Positions 26,466 to 36,237 of a stretch of DNA of 53,772 nt are shown in pieces (within the stretch, counting starts at the first letter, position 1; each line of letters opens with the position of its first letter). The stretch comes from Patescibacteria group bacterium (GTDB taxonomy: Bacteria > Patescibacteriota > Minisyncoccia > Phycocordibacterales > Phycocordibacteraceae), in contig JBBTSU010000006.1 of the NCBI GenBank assembly GCA_038078715.1, forward strand, positions 1 to 53,772. Reading direction: 5' to 3'. The position numbers and the translations under genes were made by a program. Under the pieces are notes generated by a model that made no database searches, was not told the DNA's origin, and worked only from the letters and a program-made list of their open reading frames with translations.

Positions 26466-27149
26466 ATGAAAAAAGGGGTGTTTATAGTCCTAGACGGGAA
26501 CGACGGCTCGGGGAAAGCTACACAAACGAGGCTCTTGGCCGAGCGTCTTATCAAGGAAAAGGTACCACTTGAGACCTTTGATTTCCCGAGCTACAACCGG
26601 AACTTCTTTGGCACCATGCTCGCCGACTGCCTCTCAGGAAAGTGCGGTGACTTCGTACATCTAGATCCTAAGATTGCATCTATTTTGTATGCACTTGATC
26701 GTTTTGAGGAAACTCCACGTATCAAGAGAGCCCTTTCCGACGGAAAAACGGTCATCACCGATCGTTTTTCTTCTTCAAACCAAATACACCAAGGAGGAAA
26801 GATAGAAGACACCAAGGCGAGAGAGGAGTTTCTCATCTGGCTTGATGGGATGGAGCACACGACGCTTGGTATTCCACGCCCTGACGCTGTACTGTACTTT
26901 GATGTCCCGCTAGAGATAAGCCTCGCCCTTCTTGAGGAGAAGCGGGCAGTGAAGAACACAGGGGTAGAGGGGAAGGACCAGGTAGAGCAGGATCGCCAGT
27001 ACCTTGCCCAGAGCTATGAGGCGGCAAAATGGCTTGCCAGTCGCCAACCGAACTGGCATGTGGTCCAGTGTGCTGAAAATGGGGTTATGCGGAGCCGGGA
27101 AGCAATCCACGAGGACGTCTATAGAGTAGTGTCGGGGCTTCTAGTATAA
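26466..27149 (+). CDS. tmk: Thymidylate kinase
   Basis: FIVLDGNDGSGKATQ, FPSY, LYALDR, VITDRF. Start at ATG 26466. Confidence 0.92.
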   Translation: MKKGVFIVLDGNDGSGKATQTRLLAERLIKEKVPLETFDFPSYNRNFFGTMLADCLSGKCGDFVHLDPKIASILYALDRFEETPRIKRALSDGKTVITDRFSSSNQIHQGGKIEDTKAREEFLIWLDGMEHTTLGIPRPDAVLYFDVPLEISLALLEEKRAVKNTGVEGKDQVEQDRQYLAQSYEAAKWLASRQPNWHVVQCAENGVMRSREAIHEDVYRVVSGLLV

Positions 27150-27180
27150 TCAAGCATTAGAAGATTAGTGTGTCCATCAC

Positions 27181-28446
27181 ATGAACAGTTACGAGCACGT
27201 GAAGCGTGACGACCCGGAAATTTATAAGGCGCTAGAGGGAGAAGAGAAACGTGAGCGGGAGGGCCTTGAGCTCATTCCTTCAGAGAACTATGTATCACTC
27301 GCCGTCCGCGAAGTGATGGGTTCGGTGTTCACCAACAAATACTCTGAAGGGTACCCAGGCAAACGCTACTACGGTGGTCAGCAGTACACCGACGTGGTGG
27401 AGGACATTGCACGTGAGCGTGCAAAGAAACTGTTCAACGCAGGCTTCGCAAACGTGCAGCCACATGCAGGTGCGCCTGCAAACGTCGCAATGTACTTCGC
27501 ACTTCTTGAGCCGGGCGACACGATTCTTGGTATGGACCTCTCTCACGGTGGACACCTCACGCACGGACACCCTGTGACCTATCTCACGAAGATCTTCAAC
27601 TTTGTGCGATACAAAATGAAGAACATTGAGACGGGAGAAATTGATTACGACGAAATGCTTGAGGTTGCAAAGCGTGAGAAGCCAAAGATGCTTCTTGCCG
27701 GATATTCTGCGTATCCTCGTGAACTTGATTACGCAAAGTTCGTCGCAATCGCACGCGAAGTGGGTGCCATTGCCGTTATGGACGTGGCGCACATTGCAGG
27801 ACTCATTGCCGGGAAGGCGGTGAAGAATCCGTTTGATTATGGCTTTGACGTGATGACCACGACGACGCACAAGACCCTTCGTGGCCCTCGTGGTGGCATG
27901 ATCCTTACCCGTGAAGACGTCGATATTGCCAAGAAGATTGATAAGTCCGTGTTCCCAGGATTCCAGGGTGGTCCTTTGATGCACATGATTGCAGCAAAGG
28001 CAGTCTGTTTCGGTGAAGCCCTCACGCCGCAGTTTGAGTCGTATGCGAAGCAGGTGATTGTGAATGCGTCTGCAATGGCCGACGTATTCCTTAAGGATGG
28101 CGCACGTCTTATCACGGGCGGTACCTCTAACCACCTCATCCTTGCGGATGTCTGGGGCTCGTATGAAATCTCAGGACACGATGCGGAGACCTTGCTTGAT
28201 CGCGCCGGCATTACGCTCAACAAGAACTCTATTGCGGACGATACGCGTAAGCCAATGGACCCGTCCGGTATTCGTTTCGGTACTCCCGCTATTACCACTC
28301 GTGGCTTCAAAGAAGCAGAGTGTATTCGCATTGCAGAGCTCATGATTGAGATCTTGAAGAAGCGTGATGACGCAACGGTAGAGGCCGTACGTCAGGAGGT
28401 GCAGACCATGGCCGAGAAGCATCCGGTGCCTGAGTCGTTCGTCTAA
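27181..28446 (+). CDS. glyA: Serine hydroxymethyltransferase
   Basis: LELIPSENY, NKYSEGYPGKRYYGG, GGHLTHG, TTTTHKTLRGPRGG, SGIRFGT. Confidence 0.97.
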   Translation: MNSYEHVKRDDPEIYKALEGEEKREREGLELIPSENYVSLAVREVMGSVFTNKYSEGYPGKRYYGGQQYTDVVEDIARERAKKLFNAGFANVQPHAGAPANVAMYFALLEPGDTILGMDLSHGGHLTHGHPVTYLTKIFNFVRYKMKNIETGEIDYDEMLEVAKREKPKMLLAGYSAYPRELDYAKFVAIAREVGAIAVMDVAHIAGLIAGKAVKNPFDYGFDVMTTTTHKTLRGPRGGMILTREDVDIAKKIDKSVFPGFQGGPLMHMIAAKAVCFGEALTPQFESYAKQVIVNASAMADVFLKDGARLITGGTSNHLILADVWGSYEISGHDAETLLDRAGITLNKNSIADDTRKPMDPSGIRFGTPAITTRGFKEAECIRIAELMIEILKKRDDATVEAVRQEVQTMAEKHPVPESFV

Positions 28447-28478
28447 AGACACGAAAGCTCGTTTGCTATACTCCCTGC

Positions 28479-30128
28479 ATGGAGACGCGCATCAGTGATG
28501 CCGTGAGAAACGCACTTGCGACGCTTGGAGCGCCGGAGCTTCTGTTTGTGGTAGAGCGTCCCGCAGATCATACGCACGGAGATTACGCAGTAAATGCAGC
28601 CCTGGTTGCCGCAAAAGTATTGGGAAAGAATCCTAAGGAGGTGGCAGAGGCACTCGCGACTGAGCTCACCAACGTACTTGGAGATTCAGTCACTCGGGTC
28701 AGTGTTGCCGGACCTGGTTTTATTAACATCACGCTTGCACGCAGTGCAGTCACGGATGCAGTCGTAGAAGCAGTACAAGAAAACAGTGCATGGGGAAGAG
28801 GGAGCACGCAAGAGGGACGGAGGATCATAGTGGAATTCACGGACCCCAATCCATTTAAGGAGATGCACATCGGGCACCTGATGAGTAATACAATCGGAGA
28901 GTCACTCTCACGTCTCATTCAATTTTCGGGTGCCACTGTGATGCGCGCAAACTACGAAGGGGACGTCGGTCCCCATGTGGCGAAGTGTCTATGGGGTCTT
29001 CATCGTGCAGGCATTGAAGAACCGGTAAGTGCGACTGAGCTTGGCAAAGCATATGCACAAGGATCACGTGCCTATGAAGAGAGTCCTGATGCAAAGGCAG
29101 AAATAGATGCACTCAACCGGGAAATTTATAAAGGTGAAGAAGCGGTGCTCATGGAGTTGTGGCGCAAAGGACGCGCAATATCTCTTGCTGCCTTTGAAGA
29201 AATGTATAAAGTACTCGGCACAAAGTTTGATTATTATTTCTTTGAAAGTGAGACGGCACCTATTGGTCTTGAAATTGTCCGCGCAAAGAAAGAGGAGGGT
29301 GTATTTGAAGAGAGTGACGGTGCGGTGGTGTATAGGGGGGAAAAGAAAGGGAAACACACCCGCGTGTTCATTACCTCTCAAGGTACTCCGACCTATGAAA
29401 CGAAAGACATTGGTCTTGCCTTCTTGAAGGAAGAGCGCTGGCCGTCCGATCACTCAATCATCATCACTGGCGCAGAACAGACAGGACACTTTTCAGTAGT
29501 GCTTGAAGCTATGAAGGAGGTTGCACCGCTTCTCGGGAACAAAACCGAGCATTTGTGGCACGGCATGTTGAAACTTCCGTCAGGAAAAATGTCATCTCGG
29601 GAGGGAAATGTCATTACTGCAGCAGGCCTTATTAACGACGTGATTGCCAAAGTGTCTGAACGTAATGAGGATCCGATTGTCGCAGAACAGGTTGCACTCG
29701 GCGCAATTAAATACATGATTCTTCGTCAGGCACCGGGGGGAGATATTATCTTTGACTTTGAGAAATCACTCTCACTTGAAGGGGACTCAGGCCCGTATCT
29801 TCAGTACGCACTCGTGCGTGCAAAGTCCGTGCTTGCTGCAACCGAGAAAGAGGGGGATACAAACGACGTGCCGGCAGAACCGTATCTTATAGAGCGCCTC
29901 ATTTCCCGATTCCCTGAAGTGGTAGCACGTGCAGAGCACGACCGTTCACCACACCACATTGCGCAGTACCTCACCATTCTTGCTGGGGAGTGGAATTCAT
30001 TTTACGCACAGAACCGAATCATCGGAGGAGAGTACGAAGCGTATAAACTTCTTATAGCGCGGGCGTTTGTATATACGATGAGTAACGGCCTGTGGCTTTT
30101 GGGGATTCCAACACCAGAGAAGATGTAA
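28479..30128 (+). CDS. argS: Arginine--tRNA ligase
   Basis: HGDYA, GPGFIN, DPNPFKEMHIGH, KMSSREG, GDSGPYLQYA, LGIPTPEKM. Confidence 0.96.
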   Translation: METRISDAVRNALATLGAPELLFVVERPADHTHGDYAVNAALVAAKVLGKNPKEVAEALATELTNVLGDSVTRVSVAGPGFINITLARSAVTDAVVEAVQENSAWGRGSTQEGRRIIVEFTDPNPFKEMHIGHLMSNTIGESLSRLIQFSGATVMRANYEGDVGPHVAKCLWGLHRAGIEEPVSATELGKAYAQGSRAYEESPDAKAEIDALNREIYKGEEAVLMELWRKGRAISLAAFEEMYKVLGTKFDYYFFESETAPIGLEIVRAKKEEGVFEESDGAVVYRGEKKGKHTRVFITSQGTPTYETKDIGLAFLKEERWPSDHSIIITGAEQTGHFSVVLEAMKEVAPLLGNKTEHLWHGMLKLPSGKMSSREGNVITAAGLINDVIAKVSERNEDPIVAEQVALGAIKYMILRQAPGGDIIFDFEKSLSLEGDSGPYLQYALVRAKSVLAATEKEGDTNDVPAEPYLIERLISRFPEVVARAEHDRSPHHIAQYLTILAGEWNSFYAQNRIIGGEYEAYKLLIARAFVYTMSNGLWLLGIPTPEKM

Positions 30129-30139
30129 TATAGGAGCAT

Positions 30140-30421
30140 ATGTCTGAATTTACCGATCCAGCCATTCCAACTCCAGAGCCAGTCATTGCAACCATTGAGG
30201 ACGCGGTTGCTCGTGCAGCGAAGATTGGCTATCCGATATTGGTGCGCCCATGGGGTGCTGACGAAAATGCAGGAACGCTCTTTCATATCGTAAATGGAGA
30301 TGACGATCTCCGACGCGTATTCCCTGATGCGCTTCGGGATTCGGTACATGAGGATCGGGTAGATCTGATTCATCTCTCCGGGCGACACGAGACCAAGAGC
30401 TACATCCCAACGCCTAAATAG
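30140..30421 (+). CDS. Small protein resembling an isolated CarB/ATP-grasp B (lid) domain
   Basis: IPTP..IATIEDAVARAAKIGYPILVRP...IVNGDDDLRR; AGGAG SD and TAATAT upstream. Confidence 0.6.
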   Translation: MSEFTDPAIPTPEPVIATIEDAVARAAKIGYPILVRPWGADENAGTLFHIVNGDDDLRRVFPDALRDSVHEDRVDLIHLSGRHETKSYIPTPK

Positions 30422-30459
30422 TTTGGGGAACGTCCTTTCCTAGGATAGGATGGACGATT

Positions 30460-33400
30460 ATGGCAGACGATAGGGGTAAAGCAGAGGTTGCCAGACGCGA
30501 AGAGGATATTCTCGCGTTTTGGAAGGATGCCCGTATCTTTGAAAAGTCACTTGGGAAGGAGGCGCCTAAGGGCGAGTTCACCTTCTATGACGGTCCTCCA
30601 TTTGCGACTGGCCTTCCACATCAGGGCTCACTTCTTTCTTCAGTCGCCAAAGACGCGATCCCGCGTTACAAGACCATGCGCGGATATCGTGTGCGTCGTC
30701 GTTGGGGCTGGGACACGCACGGCCTTCCGATTGAATCACTCGTAGAGAAGAAGCTCGGACTCAAGAACAAGAAGGAGATTCTTAATATAAGTATTGAGAC
30801 CTTTAATGAAACGGCACGCTCCATGGTGCTTGAGTATGTCGCTGAGTGGAAGCGCTACATAGAGCGTATAGGACGCTTCGTGGATTTTGATAACTCTTAC
30901 AAGACCATGGACAACTCATTTATTGAGTCGGTCTGGTGGGGACTTAAGGAGATACATAAGAAAGGGCGCCTTTATGAAGGACGCAAAGTGCTCATGTACT
31001 GTCCGCACTGCGAGACACCACTTGCGAAAGCAGAGATCGCGATGGACAACACCTATAAGGACATCACTGAAGAAGCGGTGACGGTGAAATTCAAGGTGAA
31101 AGAGCCAGAGGTACATGGACTTCCACAGGAAACCTATCTTCTTGCGTGGACCACGACTCCATGGACGCTTCCAGGAAACGTAGGGCTCGCGGCAGGGAAG
31201 GACATTCAGTACGGACTCTATGGCAATGTCATTGCTGCGGTTGCTCGTGCAGAAGCACTTGGTCTTTCCACTCCCGATAAAGAACTTCCGGGAGAGAGTT
31301 TGGTAGGAATTGAATATGAACCGCTCTACGATATTGCAAAGGTAGCGGCACACACAGGAAAGAAGTGGCAGGTTCTTCCAGGAAACTTCGTTACGACCGA
31401 AGACGGTACGGGTATTGTTCATACTGCCGTCATCTACGGAGAAGATGACTACGCACTCGGTCTTAAGGAAGGACTTCCAATGGTGCCGCTCTTGCATCCA
31501 AACGGTACGTACAACACGGACGCGCCTCAATTTGTGCAGGGACAGTACATCAAGAAAGCAGAGCCACTCATCAAGGAGGATCTTGAGACGCGTGGGCTTA
31601 TGTTTGCGAAGGCGATGAACACACACTCGTACCCTCACTGCTATCGCTGTGGTACCGCGCTTATCTACAACGCGGTCTCTTCCTGGTTCATAGACATTCA
31701 ATCCGTGAAGCAGAAGATGCTTGCAGAGAATGAAAAGATTTCTTGGACCCCAGGACACCTCAAGCATGGACGTTTCAAACACATCATTGAATCTGCACCA
31801 GACTGGACTATTTCTCGTAACCGCTTCTGGGCAAGTCCGCTTCCGATCTGGAAAGATCCGAAGGGGAACGTGACCGTCATCGGTTCTCTTGACGAACTCA
31901 AAGCACGTACCAAGAAGTCAGGGAATAAATACTTCCTTCTTCGTCATGGCGAAGCAGAACAGAACGTACTTGATATTTTGAACAGCAAAGATCCAGAGAA
32001 ATACGGCTTGACCGAAAAGGGGAAGGGACAAGCACATGACGCAAGCGAGGCATTGAAAGACAAAAAGATTACCAAGGTCTTTGTATCCCCTTATCGTCGT
32101 GCACGCGAGACCGCACAGATTGTACGGGAGAGACTTGGTATGCCCGAGAGCGCAGTAGCAATAGATGAACGGATACGGGAACTTGATTTAGGAGATAAAG
32201 ACGGTAGTAGTCATAAGGCATTCCTTGAATATCGTGCCACGCGCATATCTTCTTGCGATGACCGTATCCCCGGGGGAGAGAGCTATCAAGATGCGCGAAA
32301 GCGGTTCGGAGAATTCATCTATGAACTAGAGGAGACATATACGAATGAATCTATTCTCATCATTTCGCACGGGATTGCGTTTGAGTCTCTAGAGACGCTT
32401 TCACTTGGACTCAGTAAAACAGAGGTATGGGAGCGAATCCTAGGCGTGCGTGCCCCGGTCGGCAGCTTTAAGGAGATTGAGTTTGTATCGCTTCCGCACA
32501 ACAAAGACTACGAGCTTGATTACCATCTTCCGTATATAGATCGGGTGCAGCTGGTTTCTGAGGCAGGGGAGCCACTTACTCGTACACCAGAAGTGGTGGA
32601 CTGCTGGGTGGAGTCGGGCTCTATGCCGTTTGCGGAGTACCACTATCCCTTTGAAAACCAGAAGGAGTTTGAGAAGCGTGCACCAGGAGACTTCGTGTCT
32701 GAGTACATTGGACAGACCCGTGCGTGGTTCTACTACATGCATGCCATCTCAGTTTCCATCTTTGGTCGTCAGTCATTCCGCAATGTGATCACGACTGGAA
32801 ACGTCGTTGCCAAGGATGGTGCCAAGCTTTCTAAGAGCAAGAACAACTACACCGATCCGTATGCACTCTTTGATATGTATGGGGCTGATGCCTTCCGGTA
32901 CTACCTCCTCTCAAGTCCGGTCATGCAGGCCGAGGATCTCATGTTCCGTGATGAGGATGTGAAGGATGCACATGCACGTGTCGTGAACATGCTTCGGAAC
33001 GTATTGTCCTTCTATCTTCTCTTTAAGGATGACATTAAAGAGAATGTGGTCGTGCACACCACGCACCCACTTGATAAGTGGATCTGGGCACGCTTCTCCG
33101 AGGTGCTTTCTGACTCTACTGAGGCGTTTGATCGTTATGACGTCGTACGTGCCACACGCCCGTTCAAAGATTTCATTGATGATCTTTCTACCTGGTACCT
33201 TCGCCGGTCACGTGACCGTGTGAAGGGAGAGGATGAGGAAGACCGACAGGCAGCCCTTCTCACACTCCGCCATATTCTTCGTGAGTTCTCCAAGGTGATT
33301 GCTCCTGCCATGCCGTTTATCGCGGATGAAATCTTCCGCACCGTGCGTCTCTCCTCCGATCCTGAAAGTGTGCACCTCGCCAACTGGCCAGTGCGTAAAG

Positions 33401-33837
33401 TACCGTTGGTGACGAAACTTCTTGGAGCAGGGAAGCGTGAGAAGGTTTTGGTTACCGAAATGGCGCAGGTGCGCGCACTCGCATCTGAAGCTTTAATGCT
33501 CCGCCAGAGGGCAAACCTTAAAGTACGTCAGCCGCTTGCATCCCTTTCTATCCCGGGCACTCTGCTTCCTGAACTTGCAGCTATTCTTTCCGACGAAGTG
33601 AATGTGAAGGACGTAAAGATGAATGCAAAAGAAGTGGCGCTTGATACGGTACTTACCCCCGAACTGGTGAAAGAGGGGGATGAGCGCGCGTTTGCACGTG
33701 CCGTTGCGGAAGCGCGGAAGACTGAAGGCTTCTCACCGAAAGATAAAGTAACGGTACAAAAGAAAGAAGACGGTGCACATGTCGCCGAACTTTCTACGGG
33801 CAGTGTGCGATTCTCGCTTATTCGCGATGCGTCCTAA
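30460..33837 (+). CDS. ileS: Isoleucine--tRNA ligase (type 2-like) with inserted histidine-phosphatase domain
   Basis: FYDGPPFATGLPH, GWDTHGLP, WTTTPWTL, GTGIVH, DWTISRNRFW, GQTRAWFY, KLSKS. Insert with RHGE...SPYRRARET...SHG at about 31921-32490. Confidence 0.95.
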   Translation: MADDRGKAEVARREEDILAFWKDARIFEKSLGKEAPKGEFTFYDGPPFATGLPHQGSLLSSVAKDAIPRYKTMRGYRVRRRWGWDTHGLPIESLVEKKLGLKNKKEILNISIETFNETARSMVLEYVAEWKRYIERIGRFVDFDNSYKTMDNSFIESVWWGLKEIHKKGRLYEGRKVLMYCPHCETPLAKAEIAMDNTYKDITEEAVTVKFKVKEPEVHGLPQETYLLAWTTTPWTLPGNVGLAAGKDIQYGLYGNVIAAVARAEALGLSTPDKELPGESLVGIEYEPLYDIAKVAAHTGKKWQVLPGNFVTTEDGTGIVHTAVIYGEDDYALGLKEGLPMVPLLHPNGTYNTDAPQFVQGQYIKKAEPLIKEDLETRGLMFAKAMNTHSYPHCYRCGTALIYNAVSSWFIDIQSVKQKMLAENEKISWTPGHLKHGRFKHIIESAPDWTISRNRFWASPLPIWKDPKGNVTVIGSLDELKARTKKSGNKYFLLRHGEAEQNVLDILNSKDPEKYGLTEKGKGQAHDASEALKDKKITKVFVSPYRRARETAQIVRERLGMPESAVAIDERIRELDLGDKDGSSHKAFLEYRATRISSCDDRIPGGESYQDARKRFGEFIYELEETYTNESILIISHGIAFESLETLSLGLSKTEVWERILGVRAPVGSFKEIEFVSLPHNKDYELDYHLPYIDRVQLVSEAGEPLTRTPEVVDCWVESGSMPFAEYHYPFENQKEFEKRAPGDFVSEYIGQTRAWFYYMHAISVSIFGRQSFRNVITTGNVVAKDGAKLSKSKNNYTDPYALFDMYGADAFRYYLLSSPVMQAEDLMFRDEDVKDAHARVVNMLRNVLSFYLLFKDDIKENVVVHTTHPLDKWIWARFSEVLSDSTEAFDRYDVVRATRPFKDFIDDLSTWYLRRSRDRVKGEDEEDRQAALLTLRHILREFSKVIAPAMPFIADEIFRTVRLSSDPESVHLANWPVRKVPLVTKLLGAGKREKVLVTEMAQVRALASEALMLRQRANLKVRQPLASLSIPGTLLPELAAILSDEVNVKDVKMNAKEVALDTVLTPELVKEGDERAFARAVAEARKTEGFSPKDKVTVQKKEDGAHVAELSTGSVRFSLIRDAS

Positions 33838-34366
33838 GTACGTCACTCCTGCAATTGTGCTTGCCCGTAACCCTCACGGGGAAGCCAATGCGCTCGTGAC
33901 CTTACTCACTGCTGATTTCGGACTTCTACGTGCTCGTGCCCAGGGAGTACGCAAATCAGGTGCCAAGCTTGCGAGTGCACTCACGACACTCTCTGAACTT
34001 GATGCCAGTCTTTTTTATGGAAAGGAAGGGTGGCGGCTTTCGGGAGCTTCTCTCACCGAAGATCATTTCGGGAATCTTGATACGGTATCCCGTGTCCGAG
34101 CCGGCCGGATTTCCTCTCTGCTTCTTCGTCTTGTGAAGGGGGAAAGTGCAGAACCTGAACTCTTCTTTGCCATGAAAGACTTCCTCTCCACGCTTCCAGG
34201 GGAAGATGAAGAAACACAGGATGCACTTGAGTGTCGTACGGCGCTTCGCCTCGTAAGTGCACTCGGGCTTGATGCGGGCGAAATTCCTGCGCTTGAAGAG
34301 GTGCACACCGCTCGCAAGGAAATAGTCGCACGCATCAATATCGGCATCGCAGCTTCAGGTCTTTAA
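33827..34366 (+). CDS. recO: Short RecO-family DNA repair protein
   Basis: AIVL...GEANALVTLLTADFGLLRARAQGVRKSGAKL. Start at ATG 33827. Confidence 0.8.
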   Translation: MRPKYVTPAIVLARNPHGEANALVTLLTADFGLLRARAQGVRKSGAKLASALTTLSELDASLFYGKEGWRLSGASLTEDHFGNLDTVSRVRAGRISSLLLRLVKGESAEPELFFAMKDFLSTLPGEDEETQDALECRTALRLVSALGLDAGEIPALEEVHTARKEIVARINIGIAASGL

Positions 34367-34384
34367 GGTATACTTTTCTACATC

Positions 34385-36226
34385 ATGGCTGATGAGCGCG
34401 AAGAAAAGACAAGTCCGCTCGAACGGATGCGAAAGAGTCTCTACACTCCGGGTACGTCTTTTGACATACAGCCATCTTCCTTGTCTGCACGTTCTTCAAA
34501 GATGGCGCATACCTGGGAGAAAGAGCCTGAGCCCGCACCCAGAAAGGAACTACCTATCAAGATTTCTAAATCACTTCTCTTTCTTATCGGAGCCGCTGCG
34601 TTCTTTGTGATTGCGGGATTGATTGCGTTTTTCTTGGTGGTACAGGGAGGTCGTTCCGTCTCTACCGATCGCATCTCTATGACCATTGAGAACCCTCCTA
34701 CCTCTATTGCCGGAGGGGACACCGTCTCTTTATTTGTACTTGTGAAGAACGAGAACCCTGCACTCCTTACCGACGCAAAGCTCTCGGTAGATTTTCCTGA
34801 AGGAACGTACTCCGCCATTAATGCAACCGAACCACTCTCGCACCACATTGAGAAGATTGGGAACATCGGTCCAGGAGAGAGTGTAAAGAAGACCATTCGT
34901 GCCACTCTCTTCGGGGAAGCGAATGAGACGATTAAGATCCCAATGACGCTTGAATATCGTACTGAAGGATCAAGTGCCACTTTTGAGAAGAAAGAAGAAT
35001 TTAGTTTTGTGATTGGTACGTCTCCCGTATCGGTAAATGTGGTCGCGCTCTCCGAAGTTGCATCAGGGCAGGAGATGACTTTTGAGGTGTCGGTTCGTTC
35101 TAACTCACCAACGTTGATTGATGACCTTGCAGTACGCGGGGAGTATCCATTTGGCTTTTCTGTATTAGAAACATCACCCACTCCGACGGTAGGGAATCTC
35201 TTTTCTCTAGGTGGTCTTAAGCCAGGAGAAGAACGAAAGATCACTATCATCGGTACGCTCACCGGTCAGGATCAGGACGAGCGAGTATTCCGCTTCTCTG
35301 CGGGGACTGCACGCGCGGATGGTTCGCAGAATCTCGCGACCACCTACATCTCCAAGGAAGCACTGGTGCAGATTACTCGGCCATTTATCGCGGTGGATCT
35401 TACCATTGATGGGAGTGCCGCAGATTTAATTGCGGTTGCCCCAGGCCGTCCCGTACAGTCACTTCTCTCGTGGATGAACACGCTTCCAAGTCAGATTCAG
35501 GATGCAGAACTCACGGTGCGACTTTCAGGAGATGCACTTGATAAGAACTCAGTGACAGCGTCTGGCGGGTTCTATCGCTCATCTGACACCACCGTGCTCT
35601 TTAACCGTGACTCTTCTCCAGGCCTTCGCACGCTTCAACCAGGGGATAGCGGGAAAGGCTCATTCAGCTTTGCGACCAAGCCAAGCGCACAGCTCGCTGA
35701 TCTCCACAATCCTTCTATCACCATCACGGTCTCTGTTGCGGGTCGTCGTGTAGGAGAAACAGGAGTTGCAGAAGAAGTGTCGTCTACACTGACTCGTACG
35801 GTGCAGGTAGCAAGCGAGCTTTCACTCTCTGCGTATGCAACACGCGTGAGCGGCGCATACCCGCCAGTCGCGGATGCAGAGACGGTCTATAGTGTGCGCT
35901 TTGGAGTCAACAATGGGGTGAACGCCATTGCGGACGGAGTGGTGAAGGCCACGCTTCCATCATACGTGCGCTTCATCAGTAGTCCTGGAGGAAGCGTCAC
36001 CTACAATGAGGCTACGCGTGAAGTGTCCTGGGTCATCGGGGAACTTGCGGCGCATGCGCAGAATCGCTCTGCCTCCTTTGATATTGCCTTCCTCCCAAGT
36101 ACCTCCCAGCGGGGCGCTGCCCCGGTACTCGTGAATAGCCCGGTGCTGTCTGGCTTTGACCGCTATGTACAGAAGGTGGTGACCGATACGGTGCAGGCAA
36201 TAGACTCTGGCGAGCCAGTAGAGTAG
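34385..36226 (+). CDS. Single-TM surface protein with repeated Ig-like/DUF11-like beta domains
   Basis: TM LLFLIGAAAFFVIAGLIAFFLV, followed by repeats ending IGNIGPGE, LGGLKPGE, LRTLQPGD and WVIGEL. Confidence 0.75.
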   Translation: MADEREEKTSPLERMRKSLYTPGTSFDIQPSSLSARSSKMAHTWEKEPEPAPRKELPIKISKSLLFLIGAAAFFVIAGLIAFFLVVQGGRSVSTDRISMTIENPPTSIAGGDTVSLFVLVKNENPALLTDAKLSVDFPEGTYSAINATEPLSHHIEKIGNIGPGESVKKTIRATLFGEANETIKIPMTLEYRTEGSSATFEKKEEFSFVIGTSPVSVNVVALSEVASGQEMTFEVSVRSNSPTLIDDLAVRGEYPFGFSVLETSPTPTVGNLFSLGGLKPGEERKITIIGTLTGQDQDERVFRFSAGTARADGSQNLATTYISKEALVQITRPFIAVDLTIDGSAADLIAVAPGRPVQSLLSWMNTLPSQIQDAELTVRLSGDALDKNSVTASGGFYRSSDTTVLFNRDSSPGLRTLQPGDSGKGSFSFATKPSAQLADLHNPSITITVSVAGRRVGETGVAEEVSSTLTRTVQVASELSLSAYATRVSGAYPPVADAETVYSVRFGVNNGVNAIADGVVKATLPSYVRFISSPGGSVTYNEATREVSWVIGELAAHAQNRSASFDIAFLPSTSQRGAAPVLVNSPVLSGFDRYVQKVVTDTVQAIDSGEPVE

Positions 36227-36237
36227 TCTCTACAGAT

